The translations under genes and the position numbers were made by a program. Shown one piece after another: positions 45,902 through 55,517 of a DNA stretch of 64,000 nucleotides. A model generated the notes under the pieces. That model was not told where the DNA came from and searched no databases. It saw only the letters and a list, made by a program, of their open reading frames with translations. Source of the stretch: an uncultured virus (IMG/VR IMGVR_UViG_3300032295_003395). Lineage: Duplodnaviria; Heunggongvirae; Uroviricota; Caudoviricetes. The DNA lies in IMG/VR virus record IMGVR_UViG_3300032295_003395; one strand, 5' to 3'. The first letter of the stretch is position 1. Every line of letters begins with the position of its first letter.

Positions 45902-47624
45902 AGAATTCTTTTCTAAACCTTTAAAAGAAGAAAGAGACATATATGATGAAATAGCAAACGAAGAGTTTGGTATGGATTATGATCAATTAGGTCCAAATGA
46001 AAAAGAATGGGTTAGAGATGAAATTTCAAATATGGATGAAGCTGTAACAGCAGCTTATGAATCTGTAAAAGAAGGTAACCACAATGCTGAGGATTTTAAA
46101 CCTTATGTTGTTAAAGATAGAAACAATCCTAACTTTTTAAAAGTATTTATCCAATACCCAACAGGAACAGGTTTTACAACTGCATTGGGTCAAAGAACAA
46201 TGACAGGTCAAGACCGAGAATATGGTGCTGATAAAGCAATGAAAATTGGTCAAGCAGTAGCTGCTAAGTTAGAATCAAAATATAATCTGGAAGATATAGA
46301 AGTATCAGATAACGATACAGGTAAAGTAATAGTGTTTGCTGTATCCGATGATTTTATTAAAATGAATACTCCTTCGATTGATGAAGCTAAAGATCCGGAT
46401 CATTTAGAAAAAGTTAGAAATATAGCACACGCATTACCTCACAGATACAATATCAAACCTAATATGGGTATGGTAAAAGTTACTTCTCGTTCAAAAGATG
46501 AATTAATTGCTCTTAAAACAGAATTAACTAAATCAAATCTATACTCAGAAATGAGACCAACACTTGCGGGTATGTTTGAATTAACAGTTCTTAATTCCCC
46601 AGTAAATGAAGCTAAAGAAGAAGATGCCGTTGATACAATTACAATGGATATCCCTTTATTTCTTCGTATGTTAGAATATTCAAGAGAAGATGCTAAAAAA
46701 GATCTAGATTTACATGACGTTACCGAAAAAGCAAATAAATTAGGTAAAGAAAGAGGTATCTTATCTATGGACGACTACAAAGAGATTGTAGATGCTGCTG
46801 AAGAAATTGATGAAGCAGAATTAATTGAAGCTAACGTTCCTTCAAATATTAAAGAATTCGCTAAAAGAAAAGGTGTATCTTCTTTAGTAAATAAAGTAGC
46901 AGGTTGGGCTGAAAAAGTAGGTGCTAGAATTGCTGGTGGAACAGCAGTTGGTAAAAACTACGATACACTTGTTTTAGATTTAGATTATAAACAACAAGGT
47001 GAAATTCGTATTAACTGTGATGAAGAAACAATTACATTATATGATGAACCAATCAACAACTTTAATCAGTTCCAACGTGTTTACATGTATGGACCTGTTT
47101 TTGAGGAAAAAGAATTAGATGAAGGTATGGGCGGTGAAATTGATGAAAAATATTTCGTTAAAGTCTCAAACAGAGATGCTCGTAAAGCAATAGGTACCTA
47201 CGAAGAATATAGAGATAATTCCGATATTAAAAAATACGATGATACTTTATATGCTTCAAACACCCCATCAGATATCTATGATTTTTACTATGATTTAAGT
47301 AGTCAAGATATTGAAATCGATGATTGGAATATTGGTGAAGATGATGATTACGATTATGATTCTGAATACGAAAAAACATTAAGAGAAACTATTAAGTTTA
47401 TTAAAGAAAATAATCCTAAAGCAACTTCCGAAGAAGTTATTTCCGAACTTAAAGAAATTAAAAGATTAGGAAAACAACTAAACGAAGAACTTTGTGAAAA
47501 AGGAAAAAGATATATAGCTGCTCGCCAAGCAGCAGGTGAAAAATCATCTGCCTACCTTTCAGGACGTGGTGTTAAAGTATGTAATGGTTCAATTGAATGG
47601 CCTAAAAAAGGGAAAAAGAAATAA
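45879..47624 (+). CDS. mosaic acidic protein, probable head-packaged polyprotein
   Basis: short modules separated by (L/I/V/M)-x-E sites. Confidence 0.65.
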   Translation: MKDLQKIKEFFSKPLKEERDIYDEIANEEFGMDYDQLGPNEKEWVRDEISNMDEAVTAAYESVKEGNHNAEDFKPYVVKDRNNPNFLKVFIQYPTGTGFTTALGQRTMTGQDREYGADKAMKIGQAVAAKLESKYNLEDIEVSDNDTGKVIVFAVSDDFIKMNTPSIDEAKDPDHLEKVRNIAHALPHRYNIKPNMGMVKVTSRSKDELIALKTELTKSNLYSEMRPTLAGMFELTVLNSPVNEAKEEDAVDTITMDIPLFLRMLEYSREDAKKDLDLHDVTEKANKLGKERGILSMDDYKEIVDAAEEIDEAELIEANVPSNIKEFAKRKGVSSLVNKVAGWAEKVGARIAGGTAVGKNYDTLVLDLDYKQQGEIRINCDEETITLYDEPINNFNQFQRVYMYGPVFEEKELDEGMGGEIDEKYFVKVSNRDARKAIGTYEEYRDNSDIKKYDDTLYASNTPSDIYDFYYDLSSQDIEIDDWNIGEDDDYDYDSEYEKTLRETIKFIKENNPKATSEEVISELKEIKRLGKQLNEELCEKGKRYIAARQAAGEKSSAYLSGRGVKVCNGSIEWPKKGKKK

Positions 47625-47626
47625 TT

Positions 47627-48061
47627 ATGTTTAATTTTAAACAATATCTTAAAGAAAATAAGCTATACGAAGCAGCTATGGCTTGTCCTTTACCTACTCA
47701 AGATTTAGAACTTAATACTAAAAATAGAGATTCATCTATTAAAGCTGATTATATTAAATATGGTCCTTTAAATGTTGATGAACCTGGAGATTTTTGGGAT
47801 GAATTAGCAGAACACTGGGATACAACAGTTGAAGCTGCTAAACAATCTTTATGTGCTAATTGTGCAGCATTTGATATTTCCCCAAGAATGGAAGATTGTA
47901 TGCCTGGACCTTTATCAGATGATGATGGTAGATTAGGATATTGTTGGATGCACAGTTTTAAATGCCACTCAGCTCGTACTTGTAGAACATGGGCTAAAGG
48001 AGGTCCTATAGTTAAAGATACTATATCTTACGAATGGCAAGAACGTAAAGAAGAAAAATAA
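47627..48061 (+). CDS. Cys-rich hypothetical protein
   Basis: CANCAAF, YCWMHSFKCHSARTCRTW; MFNFKQYLKE N-terminus. Confidence 0.7.
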   Translation: MFNFKQYLKENKLYEAAMACPLPTQDLELNTKNRDSSIKADYIKYGPLNVDEPGDFWDELAEHWDTTVEAAKQSLCANCAAFDISPRMEDCMPGPLSDDDGRLGYCWMHSFKCHSARTCRTWAKGGPIVKDTISYEWQERKEEK

Positions 48062-48357
48062 TGATAACACAAGAGCGTTTACAAGAAATTGTTAGTGAAT
48101 CATTACGTGACTGGTTCAAAAAAGAAGATTGGGTACGTATTGATACTCAAGGTAACATTACTGGTCCTTGTGGTACTATGAAAAAAGAAGGTGGAGCTAC
48201 AACTCGTTGCTTACCTCGTAAAAAAGCTCAATCATTATCTAAAAAAGAACGTGCTAAAACATCAAGAAAAAAAGCTGCTGGTTCTCGTAAAGGAAAACAA
48301 TTTATAAAGAACACAGAAAAAGCAGAATATAAAAAAGGTACATATCACAAAAAGTGA
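48061..48357 (+). CDS. small basic hypothetical protein
   Basis: WFKKEDWV..PCG..RCLP; K/R-rich. Confidence 0.65.
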   Translation: MITQERLQEIVSESLRDWFKKEDWVRIDTQGNITGPCGTMKKEGGATTRCLPRKKAQSLSKKERAKTSRKKAAGSRKGKQFIKNTEKAEYKKGTYHKK

Positions 48358-48382
48358 CATATTTATAACATATACTCAAAAA

Positions 48383-49954
48383 ATGGCAAAATTCGACCTT
48401 AAAAAAGCTATATTAGAAAATAAAGCAACATTCCATTCATCATTGACCGAAGGTCAATTTTCATGGTTTACTCATGATACAAACCAACAAATTGGGTCGG
48501 AAGATGAAAATACTCTTCCTTCTGTCTATATGTTTGATAACAAAGGTAATAAGTGGTTAGAAAAAAGATATGAAGGATATGGTGATTTTGGTGGTAAAGA
48601 TTATTACGAATTACTAGCCCAAATGAATGGTATGGCTAACCCCGATAGATCAGAAGGAATTAGTTTAGCATTTTCAGGAAAAAAAGGAATTTTATATCCG
48701 GCATTAGTTGTTAATCCTAATTTTGATTGGAAAAATCACGATTTTACAGAAGAAGCACCAAATGATCCTAATCAGTCTTGGTATTCTCCTGAAGAGGATG
48801 ATGATGATTACATTACGGGAGATAGAGATGATGAATATTTACAAGAAGCTATGGATGTAGCTAAAGATATGACTGATCAAGAAACAGCAGGTGTTGCTGA
48901 AAGGTTTGCCAAATATATGTCTGATAAAGAAGGTGGTGAATTTACAGTTACTATGGGTTCAGTTGAAGGACCTTCATTTGATTTAGATCTTAACGGAGAA
49001 AAATACGATGGAGGTAGCTATATTATTTTAACCAACGGAGATATTGTAAACATGGCCCTTCCAGATAAACCAGTATATGGTAATATGTTAATGATGAAAG
49101 AAGCCGAAAAACCAACAACAAAAATGAAAAAATCAGAATTAAAAGATAAAATCAAAGAGATGGTATTATCAGAAATGGAAAAAGATGTAAACATTTCCGA
49201 TGAAACACCTGAAAATGAAGAAGATTTCTTAGCTGAAATTGAAGCAATGTTAGCTGAAGCAGATGAAGAAGCACCAGCTGAAGATGCTGCTGCAGAAGAT
49301 GAAACAGCTGTAGACGATACTGAAGTAGCAGTTGATGGTGAAGAAAATATTGATGTTGATACAACAGCAGAAGTAGATCCTAATGTAAAAGCAGTACAAG
49401 ATTCTTTAACACAAGCTCAAGCAGCAGCTCAAAAATTAGGAGATGCTAAATTAACAGATCAAATTGGTAATACAATTACATTCTTTACTCGTTCACACGT
49501 AGTTGATAAAGGTGCTGTAGCTGAAGGTATGGATGTTCAAAGTAAAGACGATATTGAAGACTTTTTAGATGGAATGATAAATGATTCAATTCCTGAAGAT
49601 TCTGAAGAAGGAGAAGAAGTAAAGGGTGTTTGGGAAGCAAGTGAATATGCTGATGAAGATGCATATGATGATGCTCAATTATTTGTAGACACTCACAAAT
49701 ACATTACAGATCAAGGTGGTACAATTACCATTGAAGGAAACCCAGATGTAACTTATAAAGCATTACCTAATGGAGATATTGCATATAGTTTAATTGTTAC
49801 ATTAGATGAAGGTAAAAAGAAATATTACAAAGATGCTGAAGCAGATGATGCTGAGCATATTAAAGCATTAGAAAAAGACATGAAAGATGATAAAGATTCT
49901 TCCATGAAAATCAAAGAAGTTGTTTTCCCAATGTGGCAACGAATTAATAAATAA
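48383..49954 (+). CDS. mosaic acidic protein, probable head-packaged polyprotein/scaffold-like
   Basis: MAKFDLKKAILE; internal MKKSELKDKIKEMVLSE; E/D/A-rich linker. Confidence 0.65.
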   Translation: MAKFDLKKAILENKATFHSSLTEGQFSWFTHDTNQQIGSEDENTLPSVYMFDNKGNKWLEKRYEGYGDFGGKDYYELLAQMNGMANPDRSEGISLAFSGKKGILYPALVVNPNFDWKNHDFTEEAPNDPNQSWYSPEEDDDDYITGDRDDEYLQEAMDVAKDMTDQETAGVAERFAKYMSDKEGGEFTVTMGSVEGPSFDLDLNGEKYDGGSYIILTNGDIVNMALPDKPVYGNMLMMKEAEKPTTKMKKSELKDKIKEMVLSEMEKDVNISDETPENEEDFLAEIEAMLAEADEEAPAEDAAAEDETAVDDTEVAVDGEENIDVDTTAEVDPNVKAVQDSLTQAQAAAQKLGDAKLTDQIGNTITFFTRSHVVDKGAVAEGMDVQSKDDIEDFLDGMINDSIPEDSEEGEEVKGVWEASEYADEDAYDDAQLFVDTHKYITDQGGTITIEGNPDVTYKALPNGDIAYSLIVTLDEGKKKYYKDAEADDAEHIKALEKDMKDDKDSSMKIKEVVFPMWQRINK

Positions 49955-49973
49955 TCTATAAATAATAAAAATT

Positions 49974-50144
49974 ATGAACACAATTGAAATTTTTGAAAAA
50001 ATTGAAGCACTTTATGAAACATTTAAAGCAGAACATGCTGGAAAATCAAAAGCTGCTCATGGTCGCGCTCGCAAAGCATTAGGTGAAATCAAGAAATTGG
50101 TTACCGAATACAGAAAAGCGTCAATCGATGAAGACAAAAAGTAA
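49974..50144 (+). CDS. histone H1-like Hc1-family nucleoid protein (56 aa, not in ORF track)
   Basis: GKSKAAHGRARKALGEIKKLVTEYRKAS resembles the Hc1 motif KAAxxRARKxxxExxKxxxExRKxS. Confidence 0.75.
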   Translation: MNTIEIFEKIEALYETFKAEHAGKSKAAHGRARKALGEIKKLVTEYRKASIDEDKK

Positions 50145-51060
50145 TATAACTGAAAAAAAGCTCACAAAAGCTGAATTAGAAGCAAGAGAAAAAGTAATGA
50201 AGGACTTGAAGAAAAACAAGTCCGCTCTTGTTAAACGCTATGGCAAAGACGCCGAAGCTGTTATGTACGGACGTGCAACAAATATAGCTAAAAAAATGGC
50301 AGAAGCAGAAAATAAAAATAGAATCAAAGAATTAGTTCGCAAATCTTTAATGCAGGAAATGGACGTTGAAGTTGGTGCTGATCGATATGAAGGAGAACAA
50401 GAATTATCTCAAGCATCTGCTATGATGGATGAATTAGAATCTCTTTTAAAAGGATTTGATTGGTATTACTATATGTCTGATGATCCTAGAGTTTATAGAA
50501 CTTGGGGTGCTGTTGATAATAAAATCAGTGACTTAATTAGAAAATTAGAAGGTATGGGATATGGTGAAGATGTTAAAAAACTTCATAACCAATATGCTCC
50601 TGAAAAATTAGCTATGAAAGAAGGAAAAAAAGAAGATGTTGATGGAGACGGAGACATCGATTCTAAAGATTACTTAGCTAAACGTGATGCTGCTATTAAA
50701 AAAGCAAAAAGTAAAATGAAAGAAGATATCGACTTAGGTCACGAAGACAATGAACCACATATGATTAAAGCAGATTTATATCGTATTGGTAAATATGCTA
50801 TGGAATTATATGCTATGGCTGAGGAATTAGAAGAAACAGGACAAGAAATTGATTTTCCTGCTTGGTGGCAATCAATGATTACGGATGCAGCTACTAAAAT
50901 GGTTAAAGCAAAACATTATCTTGATTTTGAACTTAAAGAACCAGCTATTGATGCAGCTGTAGATGCTTTAACAGGTGAAGAACCTCATATGGGTGAACCT
51001 GAACCTCCAATGATGAGTAAAATAGCAGAAAAGTTAGCTAAACAATTGAAATCTAAATAA
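50128..51060 (+). CDS. mosaic hypothetical protein
   Basis: start moved to ATG 50128; DWYYYMSDDPRVY module; EF-hand-like DVDGDGDIDSKD. Confidence 0.65.
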   Translation: MKTKSNITEKKLTKAELEAREKVMKDLKKNKSALVKRYGKDAEAVMYGRATNIAKKMAEAENKNRIKELVRKSLMQEMDVEVGADRYEGEQELSQASAMMDELESLLKGFDWYYYMSDDPRVYRTWGAVDNKISDLIRKLEGMGYGEDVKKLHNQYAPEKLAMKEGKKEDVDGDGDIDSKDYLAKRDAAIKKAKSKMKEDIDLGHEDNEPHMIKADLYRIGKYAMELYAMAEELEETGQEIDFPAWWQSMITDAATKMVKAKHYLDFELKEPAIDAAVDALTGEEPHMGEPEPPMMSKIAEKLAKQLKSK

Positions 51061-51539
51061 TGAAAAAAAGCGAATTAAGAGATAAAATTAAATCCCTTGT
51101 ACAAAAAACGTACAAAGCCAAATCTATTGATTTAGACAAAGGTGGGGAAGTTACTCTTGATGCTGCCAAATTTCCAGTATTATTAAAATTTCCAAAACTT
51201 AAAGATGTCATTGTAGATCTATTAACAGATCAATATGAGATTTTTATGAAAGAAATACAGTGGGTTGCTCCTCGTCCAACAACTTTTAGAATTGTTCTTG
51301 GAAATGATGAAACATTCATGTTATCCTATACAGAAAGAAGTTGGATTGCCCAAGTTGAAGGTAAAAAATATTATCTATTAAATTTAGGTGAAGAACAACA
51401 AGCAGCTGAATCTATTGCTCGTATATTATCATATGGTGCTCCTGTAGAAAAAACAGAAGACGCAGCAGCAACCGAAGAAACCCCTGCTGCTGAAGAAGCA
51501 CCAGCTGAAACACCTGAAGAAGAAACACCAGCAGCATAA
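51060..51539 (+). CDS. hypothetical protein
   Basis: MKKSELRDKIK N-terminus; EETPA-repeat tail. Confidence 0.65.
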   Translation: MKKSELRDKIKSLVQKTYKAKSIDLDKGGEVTLDAAKFPVLLKFPKLKDVIVDLLTDQYEIFMKEIQWVAPRPTTFRIVLGNDETFMLSYTERSWIAQVEGKKYYLLNLGEEQQAAESIARILSYGAPVEKTEDAAATEETPAAEEAPAETPEEETPAA

Positions 51540-52738
51540 TGAACGTTTTCGACATATTTTTTAAAAAATTTGCATACAAATTTAACAAAGGATATCCTGA
51601 CATGAATAATGATCAGGATGTTCTTTTGTTAGAATCAATGCTTAACGAAATGCTTGATGAAGCATTTTCAGTGTTTCCAACAACTGAAGATGAAATATCA
51701 AATGAAAAAATAAAAGAATTATTTAAAACTATAAAAGCATATCCTGGTTTAAGTTTAAATGATCCTTTAGTATTAGACCCTAATTCCCCCAACACAGCTA
51801 AAATTTCTCGTTCATTACAGCGTGATTCTAAATTTATTAATTATTTAAATGATGAATTAGATATAGAATTAGATCCTTTAGATGGAGCTAAATGGAATGG
51901 AATTACAATTAAATGGGGTGAAGGTTCAAGAGGCGGTAGAGGTATTAAATCAAAAGGTCCTGGATTCGAAGGGGAACTAGTATCTGATTTAGAATTATTA
52001 AACCTTGAAGGCATTTCAGATGCAAATAAAGAAAACTTTAAGTATCCTGATTTAATGATAGAAATGTCTAAAGAATTAGGTCTTAAACAAGGCAATTTTA
52101 CAGTTATTCCTGAAGGTGCTAAAAACCAATCACGTCCTCTTAAATTTGAAAACGGTGGACCAGTAGTAGCATTTTCAGGTGGAAGTGCAGCTGAAACTTT
52201 AACTGATATTACAATTGATAAAGGAGGAATTAAATATTATCTCTCAGCAAAATTTGGAAATACATTAACATTCTTTAATTCAGGAGTAACAAAATACCTC
52301 CCAGCAGAAGAAATTAAATCAGGTAAAATTACAAATACAGATGGTATAGCATTGTTAGATACTTTTGGAATTGATAACGAAACATTTTGTAAAGTATTTA
52401 ATGATTATCCTGATGGTAATTTTGCTAGTGAAAATGGACCTTCTACAGACTATGATATCTCTAAAATTAAAAACCTAGTCAAATCAGGAATTGGTGAAGG
52501 ATATTATATGGTTAAAGCTGGAGGTAAGTCAACTCAATTTACTTTTATTGATTCTAAATACACAGCAACTGCTGCTGAAATTTCAGCACCAAATGTTTAT
52601 TACGGTGGTTTAGGTGGTAACGGAAAACGTGTTGATATTACATTTGAATCTCCAACATATTCTTTTAAAGTTAATATTAGAAATAAACAAGGTGGTTTAT
52701 ACCCTTCACACATTATGTGTGATTATGTAAAGAAATAA
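51539..52738 (+). CDS. hypothetical protein, possible PD-(D/E)XK restriction-like nuclease
   Basis: GPGFE...LTDITI...YLSAK pattern. Confidence 0.45.
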   Translation: MNVFDIFFKKFAYKFNKGYPDMNNDQDVLLLESMLNEMLDEAFSVFPTTEDEISNEKIKELFKTIKAYPGLSLNDPLVLDPNSPNTAKISRSLQRDSKFINYLNDELDIELDPLDGAKWNGITIKWGEGSRGGRGIKSKGPGFEGELVSDLELLNLEGISDANKENFKYPDLMIEMSKELGLKQGNFTVIPEGAKNQSRPLKFENGGPVVAFSGGSAAETLTDITIDKGGIKYYLSAKFGNTLTFFNSGVTKYLPAEEIKSGKITNTDGIALLDTFGIDNETFCKVFNDYPDGNFASENGPSTDYDISKIKNLVKSGIGEGYYMVKAGGKSTQFTFIDSKYTATAAEISAPNVYYGGLGGNGKRVDITFESPTYSFKVNIRNKQGGLYPSHIMCDYVKK

Positions 52739-52749
52739 TATTTATAATC

Positions 52750-53412
52750 ATGGATTTAAAGAAACTTATTAAAGAAGTCTTAGAATCCCGTAAACCCGAT
52801 TGTGGTTGTGGGTGTGGAGACAAATGCGGTAAGGCGCCTATACTGAATGAAAATTTACAGTCACGTATTCTGATGACTGAGAATATGAAATACCATATAG
52901 ACAATAAAAAGCCGCTTATAGAAAATACATTTCGCTATGGTTCCAAAGCATTTTTAGACTTATGGGCTGAAGCAAGATTTTTATATTCTCGCGACGCAAT
53001 TAGTTTATCGGGTATGGATAAAGAAATTATCCTTGAAACTAATTTAGGTGAATATGGTTTATTTGAAGGACAAATGGTTCCTTTAGATATGCCTATACTT
53101 GAAGAAGGCGAAATGAATGAAGCTGAGTACCAAGGTAAAAAAGTTTCAATTGGTAAACCAAAAAGAGGTGGAGCTTCAGGAAAGAAATTTTACGTTTATG
53201 TAATGAATAAAGGTAAAGTTAAAAAAGTATCATTTGGTGATTCGGGTGGTTTATCTACTAAGGTGAATGATCCAAAAGCACGTCAAGCATTTGCTAAACG
53301 TCACAAATGTGCTCAAAAAACAGATAGAACAAAAGCATCTTATTGGTCTTGTCGTATCGGAAGATATTGGAAGTCATTAGGAGGAAGTAAAAATTTTAGT
53401 GGTTATTGGTAA
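52750..53412 (+). CDS. hypothetical protein with basic C-terminal domain
   Basis: KKVSFGD...AFAKRHKC...ASYWSC; MDLKKLIKEVLE N-terminus. Confidence 0.65.
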   Translation: MDLKKLIKEVLESRKPDCGCGCGDKCGKAPILNENLQSRILMTENMKYHIDNKKPLIENTFRYGSKAFLDLWAEARFLYSRDAISLSGMDKEIILETNLGEYGLFEGQMVPLDMPILEEGEMNEAEYQGKKVSIGKPKRGGASGKKFYVYVMNKGKVKKVSFGDSGGLSTKVNDPKARQAFAKRHKCAQKTDRTKASYWSCRIGRYWKSLGGSKNFSGYW

Positions 53413-53422
53413 ATAATAAATT

Positions 53423-54175
53423 ATGGGAATAACATCAATTAATGGTATAGCTATTACTGCTTCTACATCAACATCTGCTTCTGTAGCAAACACCATATCT
53501 GTATTAAATACCCCCACAGGTACAGGACCTTATTACTTAACATTTGTTGATGCTACTAGTGGATATAAAACACTTCTTGTAGATAACTCTACACTTACTT
53601 ATAATGCTACAAGTAATACTATTACAGCAACAAGTTTTGAAGGTACAGCATCGTTTTCTACAGTATCATCAGCATCTCGAATAGGACCAATTAGTACCAA
53701 TGCTACCCATTACATACCATTCACCCCACAATTTATTGGAGGTGGATTAGGCCCAGTTAATTTTTATCAAGAATCACAAATAACATACAACCCAAGTACA
53801 TTAGAATTTAGAGCTTCTCTTATAAATAACCAAGCAGCAGGTACAAAAACCTCTACAGCAGATGCTAACTTAACAATTGATGCTTCTTTAACACAATCAA
53901 TGACTTGGATTGCCTCTTTTACAGCAACCAGAAGTTTAATAATTAATAATTTAACGGATGGAAGAAATGTTATTGTTTATATAAGAAATACTAATGCAAC
54001 CCAACGTCAAATTATATTTAGTGGTAGTGCATCAACCACAGGACATGTTCTTATGAATATGTCAGTAGGAGCCGGAGTAGCATCTGCAACAACACAAAAC
54101 ATCGCTGGTACAAGTGGAACAATGCTTGTCCATGCATTTAATATAAAAAGTAACTTCGTTGGTGGTCTAAGTTAA
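53423..54175 (+). CDS. tail-fibre-like structural protein
   Basis: T/S/A-rich; repeated YLTFVD/YIPFTP..LTYNATS/ITYNPST units. Confidence 0.55.
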   Translation: MGITSINGIAITASTSTSASVANTISVLNTPTGTGPYYLTFVDATSGYKTLLVDNSTLTYNATSNTITATSFEGTASFSTVSSASRIGPISTNATHYIPFTPQFIGGGLGPVNFYQESQITYNPSTLEFRASLINNQAAGTKTSTADANLTIDASLTQSMTWIASFTATRSLIINNLTDGRNVIVYIRNTNATQRQIIFSGSASTTGHVLMNMSVGAGVASATTQNIAGTSGTMLVHAFNIKSNFVGGLS

Positions 54176-54187
54176 TAAAATATAAAT

Positions 54188-54523
54188 ATGAATATAAATT
54201 GGACAATATCAAGTTTAGAATGTAAAACCTCCGAAAATGGTCTTACAAATGTAGTACATAAAATCCATTGGAAATGTATTGCAACTGAAATTTTAAATGA
54301 AACTACATATTCATCTGAAATAAGCGGACCTTTAGAAATAGGTTCTCCTGACCCTAATAATTTTACAGCATATGATTCTTTAACTAAAGAACAAGTAATT
54401 ACATGGGTAACAGATACTTTTGGTACTAAGGGAACACAAGAGATTTATGATTTCTTACAAAATAATTTAAATGAACAGATTAATCCTACTATAGTTTATT
54501 TAGAACCCCCATTTGAAAATTAA
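54188..54523 (+). CDS. tail-fibre-associated (chaperone-like) protein
   Basis: WTISSLE..IHWKC..FTAYDSLTKEQVITWV pattern; follows a fibre-like gene. Confidence 0.5.
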   Translation: MNINWTISSLECKTSENGLTNVVHKIHWKCIATEILNETTYSSEISGPLEIGSPDPNNFTAYDSLTKEQVITWVTDTFGTKGTQEIYDFLQNNLNEQINPTIVYLEPPFEN

Positions 54524-54531
54524 TATTGTTG

Positions 54532-54792
54532 ATGACTCCCTATACTGACATAGAAGTTACTAATGAATATATTATTCGTGAATTTAGCGAAAATATAGAC
54601 CCAATAGAACTTATGTGGCATAGAGATGATGAAAATAGATTAGTTGAAATAATTGGAGAAACAGATTGGAAATTGCAACTTGAAAATCAACTTCCAACTT
54701 CTATAAATTCACCCATATTTATACCAAAACACGAATGGCATCGTGTAATTAAAGGAACAGGAACATTAAAATTAAAAATACACAAATCGTGA
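54532..54792 (+). CDS. small cupin-fold protein
   Basis: WHRDDENR...FIPKHEWHRVIKG. Confidence 0.7.
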   Translation: MTPYTDIEVTNEYIIREFSENIDPIELMWHRDDENRLVEIIGETDWKLQLENQLPTSINSPIFIPKHEWHRVIKGTGTLKLKIHKS

Positions 54793-55397
54793 AACAAGCA
54801 GATACATTTGATTTAAGAAAATTTTTAGCTGAAGGACAGTTAGAAAAAAATTTACAAGAAGTTGATATTAATTTAGATGATAAAGAACAATCAGTAGTTG
54901 ATGATGTAAAAGATGAAATGTCTTCTATATTGAAAACTATGGATACTGAATTAGACAAAGCTTCTAAAACAACAAACGAAGGTTTATTAACAATAGCAAG
55001 TATTGCTATTGCCTTACCTGCTATTATGGGATTAATTGCTAAATTTGGTAAAGCAGCTGGTGCTATGGTTAATAAAATATTAGGTAAAAAACCAACAGAT
55101 CAAGATGCTTATAATCAATGGATGACTAAGTTAGGTCATATTGCTGATGAGTTACATCATTTATATATGGCTCCAATTGAAGCAATTGTAAAAAAATTCA
55201 TTAAAGATCCTGCTAAAGCTAAAAAAGTAGCTAACGGAATTTTTCACGTAATAGTAGCAACATTCCTAATCGCTTCAGGAGCAACTGCTGTAAAAGCTCT
55301 TCAATCGAAAAATTTATCTTTAGCTACACTAGAAACAGCTTTAAGTGCTGTTAAAGGAGGTGAAATTAAAGATTTCATAGCAAAATTAATGGCTTAA
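54789..55397 (+). CDS. hypothetical protein with hydrophobic helices
   Basis: FDLRKFLAE N-terminus; two hydrophobic stretches. Confidence 0.6.
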   Translation: MKQADTFDLRKFLAEGQLEKNLQEVDINLDDKEQSVVDDVKDEMSSILKTMDTELDKASKTTNEGLLTIASIAIALPAIMGLIAKFGKAAGAMVNKILGKKPTDQDAYNQWMTKLGHIADELHHLYMAPIEAIVKKFIKDPAKAKKVANGIFHVIVATFLIASGATAVKALQSKNLSLATLETALSAVKGGEIKDFIAKLMA

Positions 55398-55449
55398 AAA
55401 TTTTATAGACGGATTCATAGCCCGTCGATCTTATTAAAAAAGGACAGCT

Positions 55450-55484
55450 GTGGCGTCACCAGATTTGGAGACGCCACTTTTTTT
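55450..55484 (+). terminator. intrinsic terminator overlapping a promoter
   Basis: GTGGCGTC...GACGCCAC followed by T7; TTTG(55464)-N20-TATATTTA(55488) overlaps it. Confidence 0.8.
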
Positions 55485-55517
55485 ATGTATATTTAAATAT
55501 TAAACATTGATAATAAT

